From assembly GCA_964016885.1 (NCBI GenBank), contig OZ024756.1, forward strand, positions 868,001 to 932,000: DNA of 64,000 nucleotides. The letters run 5' to 3'. The DNA comes from Eledone cirrhosa (taxonomy: Eukaryota). Below, piece after piece: positions 1 to 11,079 of the stretch (its first letter is position 1; each line of letters opens with the position of its first letter). Made by a program: the position numbers and the translations under genes. Below the pieces are notes generated by a model. The model had not been told where the DNA came from, made no database searches, and was given only the letters and a program-made list of their open reading frames with translations.

Positions 1-192
1 ATACTATTATATTTTCATGGTAAAGGCTTTACCTCGCATAATTATCTCACATAATATCGAATCTATGAGATTTTGAAAGTATTTATTTTGAGAACAATAC
101 CTTAATATCAGTTTGAGTGACCAGTTACAGCCAGTTTCAACAGAAAAAGGCAGAGAATTCTGGCTGGTTTTGGCCGGTTTGAACATTAAAGA
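1..192. mobile_element. TTAA-flanked piggyBac-like MITE, partial at window edge
   Basis: Near-identical to 35961-36153 and ends ...ttaaagag followed by TTAA. Confidence 0.75.
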
Positions 193-213
193 GTTAATGT
201 GTGTGTGTGTGTG

Positions 214-246
214 TGGGGGGGGGGGCATGCTAAAGATTATGTAGAG
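214..246 (+). pseudogene. GMDS: Orphan 3' tail of the preceding GMDS exon (W-G-G-G-HAKDYVE) with intact donor
   Basis: tgg ggg ggg ggg cat gct aaa gat tat gta gag|gtaagt corresponds to the GMD motif (RD)WGHAKDYVE and is in phase with exon 1316. Upstream is (GT)n and a MITE instead of the rest of the exon. Confidence 0.75.
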
Positions 247-884
247 GTAAGTGGCACTATAGTGTTTGTATATGTGTGTGTGTATATGTATGTGTGTATA
301 TATGTATGTGTGTGTATATGTATGTGTGTGTGTGTATGTGTGTGTATGTGTGTGTATATGTATGTGTGTGTGTGTATGTGTGTGTATATGTATGTGTGTG
401 TGTATGTGTATATGTATGTGTGTATACGTATGTGTGTGTGTGTGTATATATATGTGTGTGTGTGTGTGTATATGTATGTATGTGTGTGTATACGTATGTG
501 TGTGTATGTGATTCTGTTAATATATTTGTGAAGCAAGCATGACAGATATTACAGACAAAACCAAGCCACAGGAGATCCAGAGGTTGACACAATCAACATA
601 GTTAAATAACACCCTTAAACTCAGTCTCATATGCAGCTAATCTATGGCTACATTATACACTGTGTTCCTCCTTTCTTTCAAGACAGTTGAGAAATTTAGC
701 TGCTGTTTCTAGCAGACTGGACAACCACATAGAACATTGGTACTTAACCTTTTTCTATCATGGCACCCCTTGAGATTTTGAAATTCCATTTCATACCCCT
801 AGGCCTAACACATAAGACAAAAGAACTCGAATTTTCAGGTCGAATTATCAGCTACTTACCTGCTATTATTTAATTCATTAAGGG

Positions 885-1068
885 TTGTGAATTGGCAGTT
901 CCAGTACAGGGTTGGACGCCATGCTTTCTAGCATAGTTACGTCTCTTTATGGTCTGAGTTCAAATCCCGTCGAGGTTAACTTTGTCTTTCATCCTTACGG
1001 GGTCGATAAAATAAAGTACCAGTAATGTACTGGTTAATTGCTGGCCTTGTGCCAAAAGTAGAAACAAT
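885..1068 (+). mobile_element. tRNA-derived SINE family A (Meta-domain-like)
   Basis: A-box-like tggcagttccagtacag, B-box gagttcaaatcc, central ctttcatccttacggggtcgataaaataaagtaccag, tail aattgctggccttgtgccaaaagtagaaacaattatt. About ten copies in the window. Confidence 0.8.
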
Positions 1069-1315
1069 TATTTAATTAATTAACTATTTTTGAAAATAAC
1101 AGAAAATATCCATCTCTCGTTGTTCCTCTTCTCTCTACCCCTAGCAGACCAATGATCAAAGCTGTTCTATCCAGTTAGTCATTCACAATATCTGACTCTA
1201 ATTTATCTTGTTATCGTTAAGCAGGGGTTAGCCATAAAATGTTTGCTTTGTTCTAGCAGGTCAAATGACCAAGTAGTTTTCTCTTCATTGAGTCCTTATT
1301 CCCCACCTATTTTAG

Positions 1316-1434
1316 GCCATGTGGATGATGCTCCAGCAAGATGAACCTGAAGACTTTGTCATTTCAACAGGAGAGATGCACAGTGTACGAGAATTTGTCG
1401 AGGAATCATTCCAGGTGGTTGGTACCAAAATACA
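1316..1434 (+). CDS. GMDS: GDP-mannose 4,6-dehydratase, internal exon (119 bp)
   Basis: Acceptor ttttag|GCC and donor CA|gtaagt. Translates [39 protein letters not shown], matching the GMD motif [27 protein letters not shown]. Phase 2 end joins 19137 to make CAG. Confidence 0.95.
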
Positions 1435-1686
1435 GTAAGTACAGCGTTCTACTCTTGAAATACATTGAATGCAGCTCTGTACTCTAGAAATACGCTGCTT
1501 TGTACTCTCAAAATACAGTGAGTACAGCTTTGCACTCTTAAAATACAGTGAGTACAGCTTTGTTCTCTTAAAATACAGTGAGTACAGCTTTGTTCTCTTA
1601 AAATACAGTGAGTACAGCTTTGTTCTCTTAAAATACAGTGAGTACAGCTTTGTACTCTTAGAATATAGTAAATACTGCTTTCTACA
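1427..1686 (+). repeat. 30-bp minisatellite derived from the GMDS exon donor junction
   Basis: Unit aaaatacagtgagtacagctttgttctctt, about 8-9 copies. The first unit overlaps the real donor aaaataca|gtaagtacagc. Confidence 0.9.
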
Positions 1687-1689
1687 GTA

Positions 1690-2195
1690 GAGTTTCTCCA
1701 GGTAGAGCTGCTACTTCTCTGAATTGAGAGATCACAGCTCAGATACTATGGACATGTAGTTAGACCATCTCAGGAAAGAATTTCAAATTGAGAGATCACA
1801 GCTTGGATACTATGGACATGTAGTTAGACCATCTCAGGAAAGAATTTCAAATTGAGAGATCACAGCTCAGATACTATGGACTTGTAGTTAGACCATCTCA
1901 GGAAAGAATCTCCAAATTGAGAGATCACAGCTCAGATACTATGGACTTGTAGTTAGAATGTCTCAGGAAAGAATTGCTGGACAAATTTTACAGGTAAAAC
2001 CAACTGGCAGGAGACCTTGGGTTTGAACCCAAGCAAGATGGTTGGATAACATACATGAGTTTGGCTGGTCTCGCTTGGGGATCCAGCCAGATCAGTTGGA
2101 GATGGTTGCTTCTGACAGGACATGCTGGAAGGTGTGCTTGCTTAAGGACTCTTCCTCCACGACCCTCGCAGGAATAAGTGGGTGAAAAAGAAAAT
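1690..2195 (+). mobile_element. RTE-clade LINE 3' fragment with internal 64-bp x4 tandem repeat
   Basis: Translates LQVELLLL*IERSQLRYYGHVVRMSQERIAGQILQVKPTGRRP, matching the RTE C-terminal pattern IERSQLRW.GH..RM...PTGRRP. The IERSQLRYYGHVVR segment is repeated four times (1722-1975). Confidence 0.8.
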
Positions 2196-2389
2196 ATTGC
2201 CAATCCACCACCCTAGTAGTAACAACAACAACAACTGTAATGATAATAAACTGAGTGATAACAAAAAACAGATCTTTTAAGGATCTGTTGAAGTGTATAA
2301 CTTCAAAAAGGCCAGGAAAGGCTGGTACTGTGGTACTGGAGAAGACAGCTTGTTAGATAAACATAAAGATTTAGTCTAGTTTACAGATG

Positions 2390-2419
2390 GTGTTGTTACT
2401 GTTGTTACTACTGCTGCTG

Positions 2420-2453
<34 letters not shown>

Positions 2454-2780
2454 CACCACCACTACCATTACTACCACCACTTCCACCACCACCGCTACCG
2501 CCACCACCACTACCACCACTACTACTACCACCACCACCACTACCATTACTACTACTACCACCACCACCACTACCACTACTACTACCACCACCACCACCGC
2601 TAAAACCACCACCACCACCACCACCACCATCACCACCACTACCACCACCACTACCATTACCCCCCCACACTACCACCACCACTACCATTACCCCCCCCAC
2701 ACTACCACCACCACCACTACCACCATAACTACTACCCCCCCACTCCCATTACCACTACTACTACCACCACCAACAACAAC
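2390..2780. repeat. (ACC/ACT)n compound microsatellite
   Basis: Directly visible triplet tract. Confidence 0.95.
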
Positions 2781-5700
2781 GTGTTATATATGTATATTTA
2801 ATCTACTTCAGTGGTTTCCATGAGGTTGCTTCCCTTTGATAAATCTTTAGTTTATGGAGATTATAAAGTAAAACTAACAGTAAAGCCCGGCGTTGCTCGG
2901 GGCTGCTCAGTAGCTGTGTTAAAGTTACAATGTTAAGTTCCTTTCTTGGTTTAAAAATTGTAGAGTCTACAGTGTAGACTTTCATGTGGTACTTTTGATT
3001 AATATTCCCTCAACCAACAGTATGCCTTATGAAGTTAAGAAAACATAACCATAACCCGAATGTTACAACAAAAGAGGATGCTAGGGATAAAAACTGCACT
3101 GGTAATCTATTAACAAAAATCGAAAATGTAAACACTGCAACAGAAAAACATCAGCGTAACCAAACTTTCGGTTATTTTGAAACAAAGAAATTGGGTAGAC
3201 ATGAAAAACAAAAGAAAAATGCGTTATCCGAAGTCGAGGGGGCAGGCAGCATCAAAGAGATTCGCACCTGTGATAAAAAAATATTGACAATGTCATAGCG
3301 TAGATGTTTAAGTATAAACTATGAAGAGCTGATAACATACCCATGGTGAGTTTGACGGGCAGATTATAAACAGCCACAGCATGCGAAATGGACAGATGCA
3401 GCAAAAGCCATATTCACCAAAAAGAGTCGCTGAAATCAACAAAACAGAAATGCTGCTTCCATTGCATCTTCACATGCAATTGAGAATGATCACGAAAGTT
3501 TACTTCGATGCACCAGAAATGCTGTTGCTGCGTGTTGTCTAGGTTGGAATGCATATTGAAACAATGAAAGAAATGACGGGAACAATCTTTGTATGTATGC
3601 GGCAAGTTGTGTGTGTCTACGTATTAAACGCCGGACTTGTCAGCGACTGGAGGGGCGTCCTTAACAATCGAAAGCATCGATTTCAGATTCCGCTTTGATT
3701 TGCGAGCAATGCTGGTCCTTAGAGGCCTAGGTGTCAATAGAATGCACTGCATCGATGTTGAATACAGGTTTCGTAGACGCTATATATTTAAGGCAGTCTG
3801 TGTAACATTGCGGTATACAATATTCTTTATTTTTCCGTTTGGAGCAAAAGCAAAGAGGTTGTTCCGGTTGCCAACTCGAGAACATCTAACGTAGAATTGT
3901 CCATGTGAAAAACATGGCTCCTCCAGGTGAAGTCCTGCCACAGATAAAGTCTGACACTGGGACTTGTTGATGGACATAGCAAAGGCAGCACGAAGGGGAA
4001 ATTGGGTTCTTTTAAAAGAATAGGGTGCATCCACTCCTAATGTAGTAGGAGTTACCATAGGTATTAAAACATCTTCTCCTTTTCCACACTCCAACATAAT
4101 CGTAGCATAAATAATGTGCTGTGACATCCTATTGACAACAAGACGTGTACCATTGCAAAGCTTGGGAGGGGTTATATTCCTGAGAAGTATAACTGGACAT
4201 CCTTCCTTGAGAGACAAAATATGTTGAGGTAGACCTGGAATATCCAATGAATTGAGGAATTCAATGGGATAATTGACCACATCATGTGCATCAACATTGG
4301 TACCAATAGACTTAAAAGTCTTATCATTTCCAGGAACACTTTCAATCATTTGGCGATTAATGGCGGAGACAATGACATTTGTAGGAGCTAATATAGCCCT
4401 CTCACACAGCCATGTATGATTACAGTAAGTATCTGCCAAGTTGGGAAAAACGGCTGCCTTGAGATTTTTGACAGTGTTAACCAGACAGCATATATTGTCG
4501 AGTGCAATGTCTCCATGCACATCTGAAGGTACTTTGCCGTCGCCAAGAATGAGAAGGTCTTCAGCAAATGTTTCAGACACAGTATCGCCATGCAATTGAA
4601 CACGCATGTTAGTGGTCAGACGAAGTATTATTACCTCTTGCCACAATGGAGAAGACTTCAGGCAGGCCCGAACTTGATCCGCTCTGGTGCCCTTTGGAAT
4701 AACCGGCAAAGTTTGTCGAAAGTCCCCTGAAAGCAAAAGAGTTACACCCCCCATGGTCTCCTGACGGTCTCTAATGTCTTTCAGTGTTCTATCTAAGGCC
4801 TCAATAGCTCCTTTGTGAGCCATGGTACATTCATCCCACACAATCAGTTGGCACCGTCGTAGAGTTCTGCTCTTGGACTATCCTTGGTGATGTCACAGAG
4901 CGGTGTTTCAGCTGATACTAAGTTAAGCGGAAGCTTAGAGTGTGCTGTCCTGCCGCCAGGGAAGTAGTGTTGCTGCAATACCAGATGATGTAACGGCTAT
5001 TGCGATAACTTCATTCTCTCTAACTTTGGCAAGAAGAAGTTTAGTAACAAAGGTTTTTCCAGTGCCTCCAGGAGCATCAAGAAAGAAGATACCACCCGAT
5101 CGATGAAATACATAGTCGGTGATAGTGTTGTATGCAAATTGCTGATCGGGAAGTAGTTTTGGTTCCATTTCAAACACATATCTAGCTATAGTGTCGACAT
5201 CATAAGATGTTTCTTGGATGATGAGAGTTGGAATTTTATTAGAATCAGTGCGGTGGGTTTGTGGCAGACCGTATGCTGGCAAGGCATTCCCACCCATAAG
5301 GAAAATCCTGTCCTCTATGTCTATAAGCCCTTTATTGTATAAATCATCACTGAAATCTACTTCTATGTCAAGAAGTAGTAGTTGAGCCTGATCCTCAGAC
5401 AGTTGGTTCCGAAACTTCAACCATAATGTGTAGGGATCACAAATGTTACATAAGAGAAGAAGCTTTGCAAAGAGCTCTCGTAGGCTTCCAGCTGAAGCGA
5501 TCTCCGCCAAGGTTGCATCCGTGGCGAAGCGATCTCCGCCAAGGTTGCATCTCATCGTGAGTCATCTTTAAGCATTCCACGAGCCAAACAGGCATCTCTG
5601 TATGTAGACCAAACACGATTACCATAAGTTCTGAGGTCCTGAAAACTGGTCGGTCCTTTGACCTCATGCAGTAGCATTCGAAGATAGAAGCACTCGTGTT

Positions 5701-6233
5701 GATTTGGAAGAATCATATACACTCGCCCCAAGCAATTAGTGAATTTGATCCCGGGAACTCCAATAACTGGTTGGCCAGTTCTGCGACTCCATGTTTTTTT
5801 ATTCCATGTGTAGTATGATGGCACCTGAAGATACAGCAATGATTTTGCGAAGTCATCGTATTCGCACAGTTTGAAAAATCCAGGTAAAGTTATTTCCCTT
5901 GGGGTCTGTGTCAATTCAGCAGCATTTTTGTTGGTATAGTACATCCGTTGACCGTGTTCTAGGTGTACATCTAATTTTACAATTGAAGGGTGCCTATCAT
6001 CTATTGGAAAACCGAAGATTCGCCAAAAGGCCTCGCTACTACTTATCTAGCGCCCTACTTGGAATTGCGTTACTTCGTCTCTATTGTTTTTGTTGAGTAT
6101 ACCGAACGAAGCAGCTTCAGACCCCTTATTAACATACTTACATATGTATTTGATGCACTTGACGGAGCTGCAGAATTCAACATTAATGTGTGCGTTGAAA
6201 GTACTGAGCAGGAGTGGGCAATAGGGAATGATC

Positions 6234-6758
6234 TTTAGCAGTTATTAGTTGTAGATGTTATCGCCACTTTAGCAGGGTGGTAGAATCAGTGGTCGTTAGT
6301 TGCCAGTGTGGTAAGTGATAGTATCCTCGTTGGATTATCTTGTTGACATAGACGTGAGGGAAGGTCCCTCGATCTATTTACCATCTATTTACAATATTCC
6401 TTTCGTCAGGTCGCCAATTCCAGCAGCATGGATTAAAGATGTTATTGAGACACGAGTAACATAACAACGACTTCAACCGCAGTAATTAGAGATGCAATGT
6501 TTGTTTATTTATATGGTTGAAGTTACAGATAAAAAGAGGTTACAAAAGAGAATGTGCCATTGCGCCGTTAAGCCGGCGAGGCTAGTGGTGCAATATCTCA
6601 CTGCTACATTATGCGTGTTGCTGGCTCGAAGTTTCTGGTACAAGCTAGAGATTCTTCAAATCTTCGCGGGGAATTTCTTCCTCAGGGCGCGTAGGGATAC
6701 ATCCTCTTCTACTGGCGCTGATTGGCTGAACTGAGCCCGCGGAATGTAGGTCACTACA
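6234..6758 (-). mobile_element. Solo-LTR-like insertion (525 bp) inside the Helitron Rep domain
   Basis: Interrupts DNRWI|IPYCP exactly. 4-bp direct repeat GATC at 6230-6233 and 6759-6762. Minus-strand ends TGTAG...CTAAA (CTACA with one change). Internal CCAAT and AATAAA on the minus strand. Confidence 0.75.
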
Positions 6759-8549
6759 GATCCATCGGTTGTCAACCTCGCCATTCTTAACCCTTGCCGT
6801 AAAACCTCCCTCTTCACGTCACCTATGTCTATATAATGGGTAGCCATCATTGCCAGTCTGAGTATCGCGAATAAATTGCCGGGGAAATTTTTTCATGCAT
6901 CTTTTATTGCCTGTAACGCATGGTAAGTCGGTTCTAAAGCCAGGCCCACATGGACCATGCACCATATGTGCCCTAACTTTCATGTACAAGTCCTTGTCAG
7001 TGGAAGGATCGGGTAATTCTGCAGAGATGATCCTGTCAATGTCGTTAGGACTAACCTTTGTTGTCACCTATTTTGATGAGATCCATAAGCTTAAGTAACT
7101 TAAGACGGAATACTCTAGCTGTGAGATCATGTCGGCATGTGGCCTTCTGACCAGGAAGGAGTTCGCCCTCAATCTCCTTCCAATTGGGGTTACAAGTAAA
7201 AGTTATAAATAAGTCTGGCCTGCCGTAATGTCGTACAATGGTCATGGCGTCCTGAGTCCTTTCATGCATATATCGAGGGCTTCTCGTGAAGGTAGATGGC
7301 AGAATGCATACTTTTCCAAGACTCTCAGGATCCGCATCATTGTTCATTCCATCCCGAAGGTGTGTGTAACTGTCACAACGCAACTTTTTTTTATTGAGTT
7401 TGATAAAACACAATCTCTCAGATTCCATGTTTGCACACATGTCAGTTGCAGACTGGTTGAAAAGGTCTTCAGAGCGATGGAGGTGACTAAAACAGTCATC
7501 TCGGATCATGAATCGGAATGCATAGAAGTCCTTGCATGAAACTGTTTTGGTAGAATGAACCTCTGAATTGGTAGAGTTACATTGTGGAATGCCAAAATGG
7601 TATCCATCCTCTCCATATACAAAAAGCAGCGGGTATTGGAGTGTGTCATATGATCTGTGTGTTTCACTGATCCGTTGAAGTCCATGGTCGCGATGCTTGA
7701 TAAGAATGTCACGTTTGTTGTGCTGATCACCAGCGAGAAGTATTGCAACCTCATTGAAAGAAGGTGAATTATAGCGGCCTGCATGTTCTCCAGATGGCCG
7801 CTGGTCAGCATCAATGATGACATAGTAATTGTCCACAGGAGCTGTTTCTAACATGTATTTGAAGCTCTGAACATAGCTGTTATGACTACGAAGCATGTCC
7901 TGAAGTTCAAGAAGGATCTCCAGTCTAGTGTCAGAAGCAATTGAGTATTTCCTTGTTGCTTGTGGACAGTCAATTGAGTTTTGAGTTTTTTCTTTTGGGA
8001 AGGCAAATGTATTTCGCCTTGTAGCTTGTTCAAGACAGTTGGGCATGAAGTAGACCTGAAGAAATTGGGGCTCTTTATTATCTACAGGCTCCAGCGATCC
8101 AATAAGATGATAAACCTGACCTTGAACTTTGAAAGTGGGCATAAATCCACCTTCATACTCATAACTCGATCCAAAAGATGTCATTTGGAAGGCACAATTG
8201 TAATGTCGAATATCTTGAAGGAAACCTCTTGAGAGTGAATGGGTGCCTGTAAGAAGAAGCCTCAATGGCTGTGGTGGATCCCTAGGAGGGTGCAAGTTGA
8301 CCTTACCATTAGAGCAGCACATTCCGGCTGGTTCACCCGGCCACTTTTTGGCTTTGCAAAACTGGCAAATTTCTGACATGCCGCCGATTTGAATATGGGG
8401 GTGTGTAGCATAATTATTAGCGGGGACATAATTGAAAGCCTTCAATGACCATTGTGATTTCGCAGCCCTCGAAATACCCCACTTATTGGCTTTATACTGA
8501 AACACCCGCCCCGGTCGAATAGTTCGGATAGCTGCTGTCTCTGCTTCTC

Positions 8550-8766
8550 GCGCAGCTGCCGTAACAGCCACGTCTGTGCTCTGACGAAGATCACGTTCAA
8601 CATCATTCTCTGCAGCTCGCGCAGCTGCCGTAACAGCCACGTCTCTGCTCTGACGAAGATCACGTTCAACATCATTCTCTGCAGCTTGCGCAGCTGCCGT
8701 AACAGCCACGTCTCTGCTCTGACGAAGATCACGTTCAACATCATTCTCTGCAGCTTGCGCAGCTGC
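8550..8766 (-). repeat. 69-bp in-frame tandem repeat (x3) in the RepHel N-terminus
   Basis: AAAQAAENDVERDLRQSRDVAVT repeated three times in ORF 7051..9102. Confidence 0.9.
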
Positions 8767-10439
8767 TTTTGCCTTTGCATTTCTTGCAAGCCGAGTTTGA
8801 CGTTCCTCGTTATACACTGCAGCATGTGAGGAAGCAGTTGAAGAAGCATTTCTGGTGTGTCGAAGTAAACACTCGTCATCATTCTCAGTTGCATGGGAAG
8901 ATACAATGGAAGCAGAATTTCTGGCCCGTCGACTCAAGCAATGCTCATCGATAGACAGAGCTGTCGCATTCACTGAACACCACACAATTTGAGACTGTCT
9001 AATGTTCAACGACGCCTCAGTCAGCCTCCTTCTTTTCGTTATCTGAGACTGCGTCAGTCCTAATAAGGGCATCTTCTTTTTAGGCATCAAGGTGGTGAGC
9101 ACGATATGACAAAGGAATCTGACAAATGTATCTTAAATATAAAACAATGCGAAAAAATAAGTTTTGCGATCATTCAATTTTGCAAATCAATTCGTCTAAT
9201 GAGAATGCACCCAAAATGTAAGAAAATGTCATAGATGCATTATTTACAAAGTCATCTTTACATGAACATGCAGGGTAACCAATAATATTGGCACTGCCGT
9301 TCTTTAACTTTGTTATAATTCAGTGATAACAGTGATTCAAAGGAAATTTAAACTTTTTAGAGAAATCAAAATTGCACATAAGGCATAACATCTATATAGC
9401 AATAAAATCGGTTATGGTAATCAGGAGTTACTTGAAGCCGAACATTAAAAACATGGCAGCTTAAAAAATTGCTCCATTTCTTTTTATGTAACTTTTTATC
9501 AGATTTTGAGTCCATTTCTTAACCGATTATAATTTTACTGAAAAAATGGATGCGAAATAGTTACGGCTACGGTAAAAAATGTCTAAGTGTGAAAATCACT
9601 TGCATGGATACTGAGCTGAAGGTGATTAAAGAGCCAGTAAGGGTTTTTAGGTCGCCCTGTATGTCGAGCCCCAATGCACAAAAATGGGGCATGGTGGAAA
9701 TAATCTGACTTCTTATTTGCATTGAAATTACTCAGATTGACTTGAATTTGCTATTTTAGTTTGAGCAAAACTTGTGCTGGCCAAGCGTCAATAGTAGTTA
9801 ACTGCTTACCTACTTTTGCACCTCCAACCCCGGTGTATACATGAATCCTAATACAAACAATCCGTCCATATTTCCTTCAAGATAAAAGGAAATTAAAGTA
9901 AATTTAACCATATAAGATCGCAAAATTAATTTAAGTAGAAGGCCTAACCGCCAACAATTGAAAACTGAAAATAATCCAAACGTTTAATAGGGAAGGTTTA
10001 ACTTACCAAGTAATGAAGTCGCTGACTTTATAACGCTTTGTAGCATACAAAGGTAGTACAGTTAAAATCAAGCTACTAAACAAATCGAACCAATAATTGA
10101 AATTCAATTTGAATAGCATCTACTTATTCTGACAAGAATCTAAATATCTAATCGTCTGCAAGTGGTGGGAATTTTTTTATCGTCTGCGCGTTCCATAAAA
10201 GGGAAATAACTCGTCTCTCATCTCTATTTATACATTTGAACTGAAAAATCAATACATTACGAATTCGATTTTTATACTTGGCGTGGGTCGATTTTAAATT
10301 TTTTTTGACCGATGACTCCGCCGGAGCTTCATCTTTAAGTGTAGCAATTTAACTGAAATTTGAACGCACGGTTTAAGAGATGTGTGCCGAAGGTTTTAGT
10401 CGACAGATAGACAGACAACCTCAGTTTTATATATATAGA

Positions 10440-10818
10440 CTAGCAGAAAACCGCCCCCCATGTGGTTTTCTGCTAGTATATATATATATTACACACACAG
10501 AAATGTATATATATTTCTGTGTGTGTATATATATATATATATATATTACACATACAGAAATGTATATATATATATATATTTCTGTGTGTGTATATATATA
10601 TATATTACACACACACAGAAATGTATATATGTTTCTGTAGCACTCCTCAATTCCCCCCTCTCTCCCTCCTGCTATCCCCTTCTTGTAGTCTGTCTCTTTC
10701 TTTCACTCTCACTCTCTCTCTACGCGTGGGCAAAAAACATTTTCACGCGCGCACGTGTTTCCAATGTCGGACAGACAGACAGACAAACAGAGAAATTGCT
10801 GGTTATATATTATAAGGA
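10440..10818 (-). mobile_element. Small non-autonomous Helitron abutting the large one
   Basis: Minus strand begins TCCTTATAATATATAACCAGC followed by (TGTC)n, the same layout as the 5' end at 10439. It ends GGTTTTCTGCTAG directly followed by the TC of the large element. Confidence 0.65.
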
Positions 10819-11079
10819 AATAAGCAAACTTCTCTTTTCTCTCTTTTTTTAACTTTTAATTTTTGTGTTTATTTTTACTTTTTTCTTTCCTTTCTTTTTT
10901 AATGATAATTTCTAATTTAGGCCCAAGGCCAGCAATTGAGGGGAAAGCTAATTATATTGGCACTAGCTACTTTACTGGGGTTTTACTGACCTCACCTCCT
11001 TCTGGTAGGGTTGGAACTCAGAACTTAGAATATTTTGTCTGACGCTCTACTGATTCTGACAGTCTACCATCTTTTTTCT

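Larger units (their letters stand above)
3780..9087 (-). pseudogene. Helitron RepHel transposase (HUH-Rep plus Pif1/SF1B helicase), disrupted
   Basis: Start MPKKK, 23-aa Ala-rich repeats, Zn motif CQFC...CCSNG, Rep motif 1 PDLFITFTCNPNW, motif 3 NAHINVEFCSSVKCIKYICKY (~6130-6230). Helicase motifs DAPGGTGKT, SSGIAATLL, WDECTM, GDFRQTLPV, LCNGTRL, AFAMSINKSQ, HGQFYV..SRV. Several stops and frameshifts. Confidence 0.95.
2874..10439 (-). mobile_element. Full-length but decayed autonomous-type Helitron (~7.6 kb)
   Basis: Minus strand starts TCTATATATATAAAACTGAGG at 10439. It ends with the GC hairpin CCCGAGCAACGCCGGG (2885-2903) and TTAG|T (CTAG variant) at 2874, and encloses Rep-helicase coding fragments. 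Confidence 0.88.

Noticed and set aside
3029-3298. 89-aa ORF inside the Helitron 3' region as a captured gene
   Set aside because: Short, AT-rich and without a recognisable motif.
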